Shown piece by piece: positions 16,136 through 18,546 of a stretch of DNA of 18,546 nucleotides (its first letter is position 1; each line of letters begins with the position of its first letter). Origin of the DNA: an uncultured Pseudomonadota bacterium (GTDB taxonomy: Bacteria > BMS3Abin14); NCBI GenBank assembly GCA_964454175.1, contig CAYVSA010000040.1:1-18546 (forward strand), in the 5' to 3' direction. The position numbers were made by a program, and so were the translations under genes. The notes beneath the pieces were generated by a model that was not told where the DNA came from, made no database searches, and saw nothing but the letters and a program-made list of their open reading frames with translations.

Positions 16136-17591
16136 CAGGTTTGAGATGGATCAGGGGCCTAAGGGAAAAAGGAAAAAAGGTCTCTTTTTCTGGCGTACAA
16201 TAATAATTCCCTTCAGTACCCTCCAGTTCTGGGTCAGTTTCCTGCTTGTTCTTCTCATTCTTTCCGGGGTCTTTGCGGTCTTCTACTTCCAGTTTTTAAG
16301 CCCCAGGGCACACGCTGACAGAATGATCAGCAAGGCCGACAAGCTTTTTGACGAAGCCATTGTGCTCGGGATCAAGGAGTTGGCCTTCAGTGACTTCCAG
16401 TCGGTCCAGGAATCCCTTTTCAAAGCCCGTAACTCCTTCGATGATCGCAAGTATGAAGAGTCCGTTGTATTTGCCGAAGAGACCATGACGACGCTTGAGG
16501 GGGCCATGGACCGCTTGAGATCGGATGAGTATTTCCGGAAGGAAAGAGCAGCCTCGGTGACCTTCCTGAAAGGTTCAGTAGATGTGAAAAAAGCCGGCTC
16601 CCTTGACTGGTCTCCTGCAAAAAAACCTATGCTGCTCAGCAAGGGCGATCGCATTAGAACACGTTCCGGTGCCAGGTGCATCGTACAGTTTGATGATGGC
16701 AGCCAACTTACCATTAAATCCAACTCGCTGGTACACATAGATGAACTCAGTGAAGACATCAGAACCCGTACGAAAAGCTCGGCCATCAAGCTGCTGGTCA
16801 GTGATGTCGAGGCGAATATCCTCAGGCCCACAGCCAAGGGTTCCCGGTTCATGATAGAAACACCTGGTTCCGTGGCACAGATCAAAAAGGCAAGGATGAG
16901 CGTTCGGGTCGGCAAGGACCGCAGAACGCAGTACAAGATGCTTGCCGGCGACGTGGTGGTTAGCGCCGGGGGAAAACAGATCCGTATCACGGAAAGTGAT
17001 GTGATCAGCTTCACTGGAGGCGGTAAGCTGCTTTCAAGGAGCAGGCTTCTGGCGGCACCGGGATTGAAAGAGCCGAGCAATCTCAGCTGGCTCGTCTCCA
17101 GGAAGGCCGGCATCCCGGTTACTTTTTCGTGGAAAAAGGTATCCAGGGCCTCCCGGTACCATTTGACTGTCGGGATGGACAGATATTTTACAAATGTGAT
17201 CTACGACAACGGCCGCATTGGCCAGACCTCAACAACGGTCAAAGAACTCGGTGCGGGACTTTATTACTGGAAAGTGAGCAGCCTTGACAGGAGAGGTCGT
17301 GAAAGCCTTTTTTCACCCTTCAGGGTTTTGAAAGTCATAAGGGACCAGAAGCCGCCCCTGCTTGAAATGGCTGCTCCCATTGTACTCTCCGGTCCGGAGG
17401 GCAGCAGGGTCTATATCTCGGGGGCAGTGGAGCCTGGCAGCGATCTTTCCTTGAACGACCGCAAGATCGCTCTGTCAACCGATGGATCTTTCAGAACTTT
17501 TCTAAGCATCAGGCCGGACGATAATACACTGAAGATCAGGGCATCTGATTTGGCTGGCAATGTCCTGGCCCAGACCAGGGCGCTGAAATGA
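16128..17591 (+). CDS. Membrane-anchored FecR-domain protein with FN3-like and Ig-like C-terminal domains
   Basis: Single TM helix, helical linker, FecR-like beta domain (LKGSVDV...W......L..GDRIRT...A.....FDDGS...I..NS), FN3-like segment (FSWKKV..A..Y......YYWKVSS) and Ig-like end (ISGAVEPG...DGSF...NTLKIRASDLAGN). Domain calls are by eye. Confidence 0.72.
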   Translation: MGDRFEMDQGPKGKRKKGLFFWRTIIIPFSTLQFWVSFLLVLLILSGVFAVFYFQFLSPRAHADRMISKADKLFDEAIVLGIKELAFSDFQSVQESLFKARNSFDDRKYEESVVFAEETMTTLEGAMDRLRSDEYFRKERAASVTFLKGSVDVKKAGSLDWSPAKKPMLLSKGDRIRTRSGARCIVQFDDGSQLTIKSNSLVHIDELSEDIRTRTKSSAIKLLVSDVEANILRPTAKGSRFMIETPGSVAQIKKARMSVRVGKDRRTQYKMLAGDVVVSAGGKQIRITESDVISFTGGGKLLSRSRLLAAPGLKEPSNLSWLVSRKAGIPVTFSWKKVSRASRYHLTVGMDRYFTNVIYDNGRIGQTSTTVKELGAGLYYWKVSSLDRRGRESLFSPFRVLKVIRDQKPPLLEMAAPIVLSGPEGSRVYISGAVEPGSDLSLNDRKIALSTDGSFRTFLSIRPDDNTLKIRASDLAGNVLAQTRALK

Positions 17592-18544
17592 AACGTGCGC
17601 TTCTCTTCATTGTTGCCGCTATTTTCGTTTTGGGCAGTGCCGGATGCGGGGATAAAGGGACACGGTATTCGATGGCCCAGCGACTAAACGGCATTGGTAT
17701 CGCACTCTACTCCAGGGGCAATGTTTCCGAGGCGCTTGACCGATTCAAGAAGGCTGTCGAGTACACGCCCGATTTTGCCCTGGCAAGGAACAACATGGGT
17801 GTGTCCTATTACCACAGGGGACAGATCGACGTTGCCATAACCGAATTTCGGCGCGCTGTTGAGCTGGGCAAAGATATTCCGGAAATTCACGGCAACCTGG
17901 GAGTAGCCCTGATGCTCCAGGGCCTGAATCTGGAAGCTGAAAAGGAGCTCAGAAAAGCTATTGCCCTTGATCGCGAGTATGTTCTTGGTTACAGCAACCT
18001 GGGTGTGCTCCTTTTCAGGACCGGCAGAGTCGATGATGCGATCAGGGTTTACAATAAAGGTATAAAGGTCGATCCGACATTTGACAGGCTCTACCATAAC
18101 CTTGGTGAAGCACTCTATTCCATTGGGAAATACGCCTCAGCAAAAAAACAGTACAATACCGCACTGAAACTCAATCCCGGCAGTATGAAGACTTTTAACA
18201 ACCTTGCATGGGCCTACGCTGAGAGGGGGGAGAACCTGGATGACGCCCTCGCCCTGGCCTCGGCGGCTGTTGGCTCCGATCAGCAAAACGGTTTTTTCTA
18301 CGATACCCTGGCATGGGTATATTTCAGGCAGGGCCTTTTCGAAGAGGCCAGACTGGCGGCTGTCAAAGCGATCGACGTCCAATCGGGTATTCCGGATTTC
18401 CACTTCCACATGGGGGAGATCCTGCGTTGGCAGGGTCGGTACAATGAAGCGGTACTGGAGTATGGAAAGGTGTTGGGGTTGGAGCCCTATGGTCTGTGGG
18501 CGGACAGGGCGCAGGCGGCTATCTGGGCCATAAAAGGGCTATAG
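17588..18544 (+). CDS. Tetratricopeptide-repeat lipoprotein
   Basis: Signal peptide ending GSAG-C20, followed by about 8 TPR units (NNMGV, GNLGV, SNLGV, HNLGE, NNLAW, DTLAW, FHMGE). ATG overlaps the upstream TGA; TAG at 18542-18544. Confidence 0.85.
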   Translation: MKRALLFIVAAIFVLGSAGCGDKGTRYSMAQRLNGIGIALYSRGNVSEALDRFKKAVEYTPDFALARNNMGVSYYHRGQIDVAITEFRRAVELGKDIPEIHGNLGVALMLQGLNLEAEKELRKAIALDREYVLGYSNLGVLLFRTGRVDDAIRVYNKGIKVDPTFDRLYHNLGEALYSIGKYASAKKQYNTALKLNPGSMKTFNNLAWAYAERGENLDDALALASAAVGSDQQNGFFYDTLAWVYFRQGLFEEARLAAVKAIDVQSGIPDFHFHMGEILRWQGRYNEAVLEYGKVLGLEPYGLWADRAQAAIWAIKGL

Positions 18545-18546
18545 CC

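Noticed and set aside
14466-16180. Similar PKGK(K/R) N-terminal motifs in the HD-GYP and FecR proteins
   Set aside because: Short and low-complexity; adequately explained by the positive-inside rule before a TM helix.
10277-17113. Long antisense ORFs (10277-11044, 13943-14491, 16283-17113)
   Set aside because: They lie opposite well-supported genes and show no recognisable motifs; typical antisense shadows.

Overview
Mostly housekeeping bacterial chromosome. Gene order and content suggest Desulfobacterota or a similar deltaproteobacterial lineage (inference only). The minus strand carries ffh-rpsP-rimM-trmD-rplS-rnhB, with rnhB running off the left edge. The divergent plus strand carries rnfA-rnfB (without rnfCDGE), ccsA-hemA-hemC-hemD-hemB, ruvX(yqgF)-mltG-tldD, and then a translationally coupled trio: a membrane Cache/HAMP/HD-GYP phosphodiesterase, a membrane-anchored FecR-domain/FN3/Ig protein and a TPR lipoprotein. 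The most unusual signals are non-coding. (1) A ~120-bp structured element lies in the leaders of both rpsP (2.3 identical tandem copies) and rplS (one copy, ~70% identical, with compensatory stem changes). (2) A 157-bp MITE-like element sits just upstream of rnfA, and its empty target site can be rebuilt from a second heptamer array in the window. (3) Several intergenic 7-bp tandem arrays are present. No rRNA, tRNA, CRISPR array or transposase was seen.
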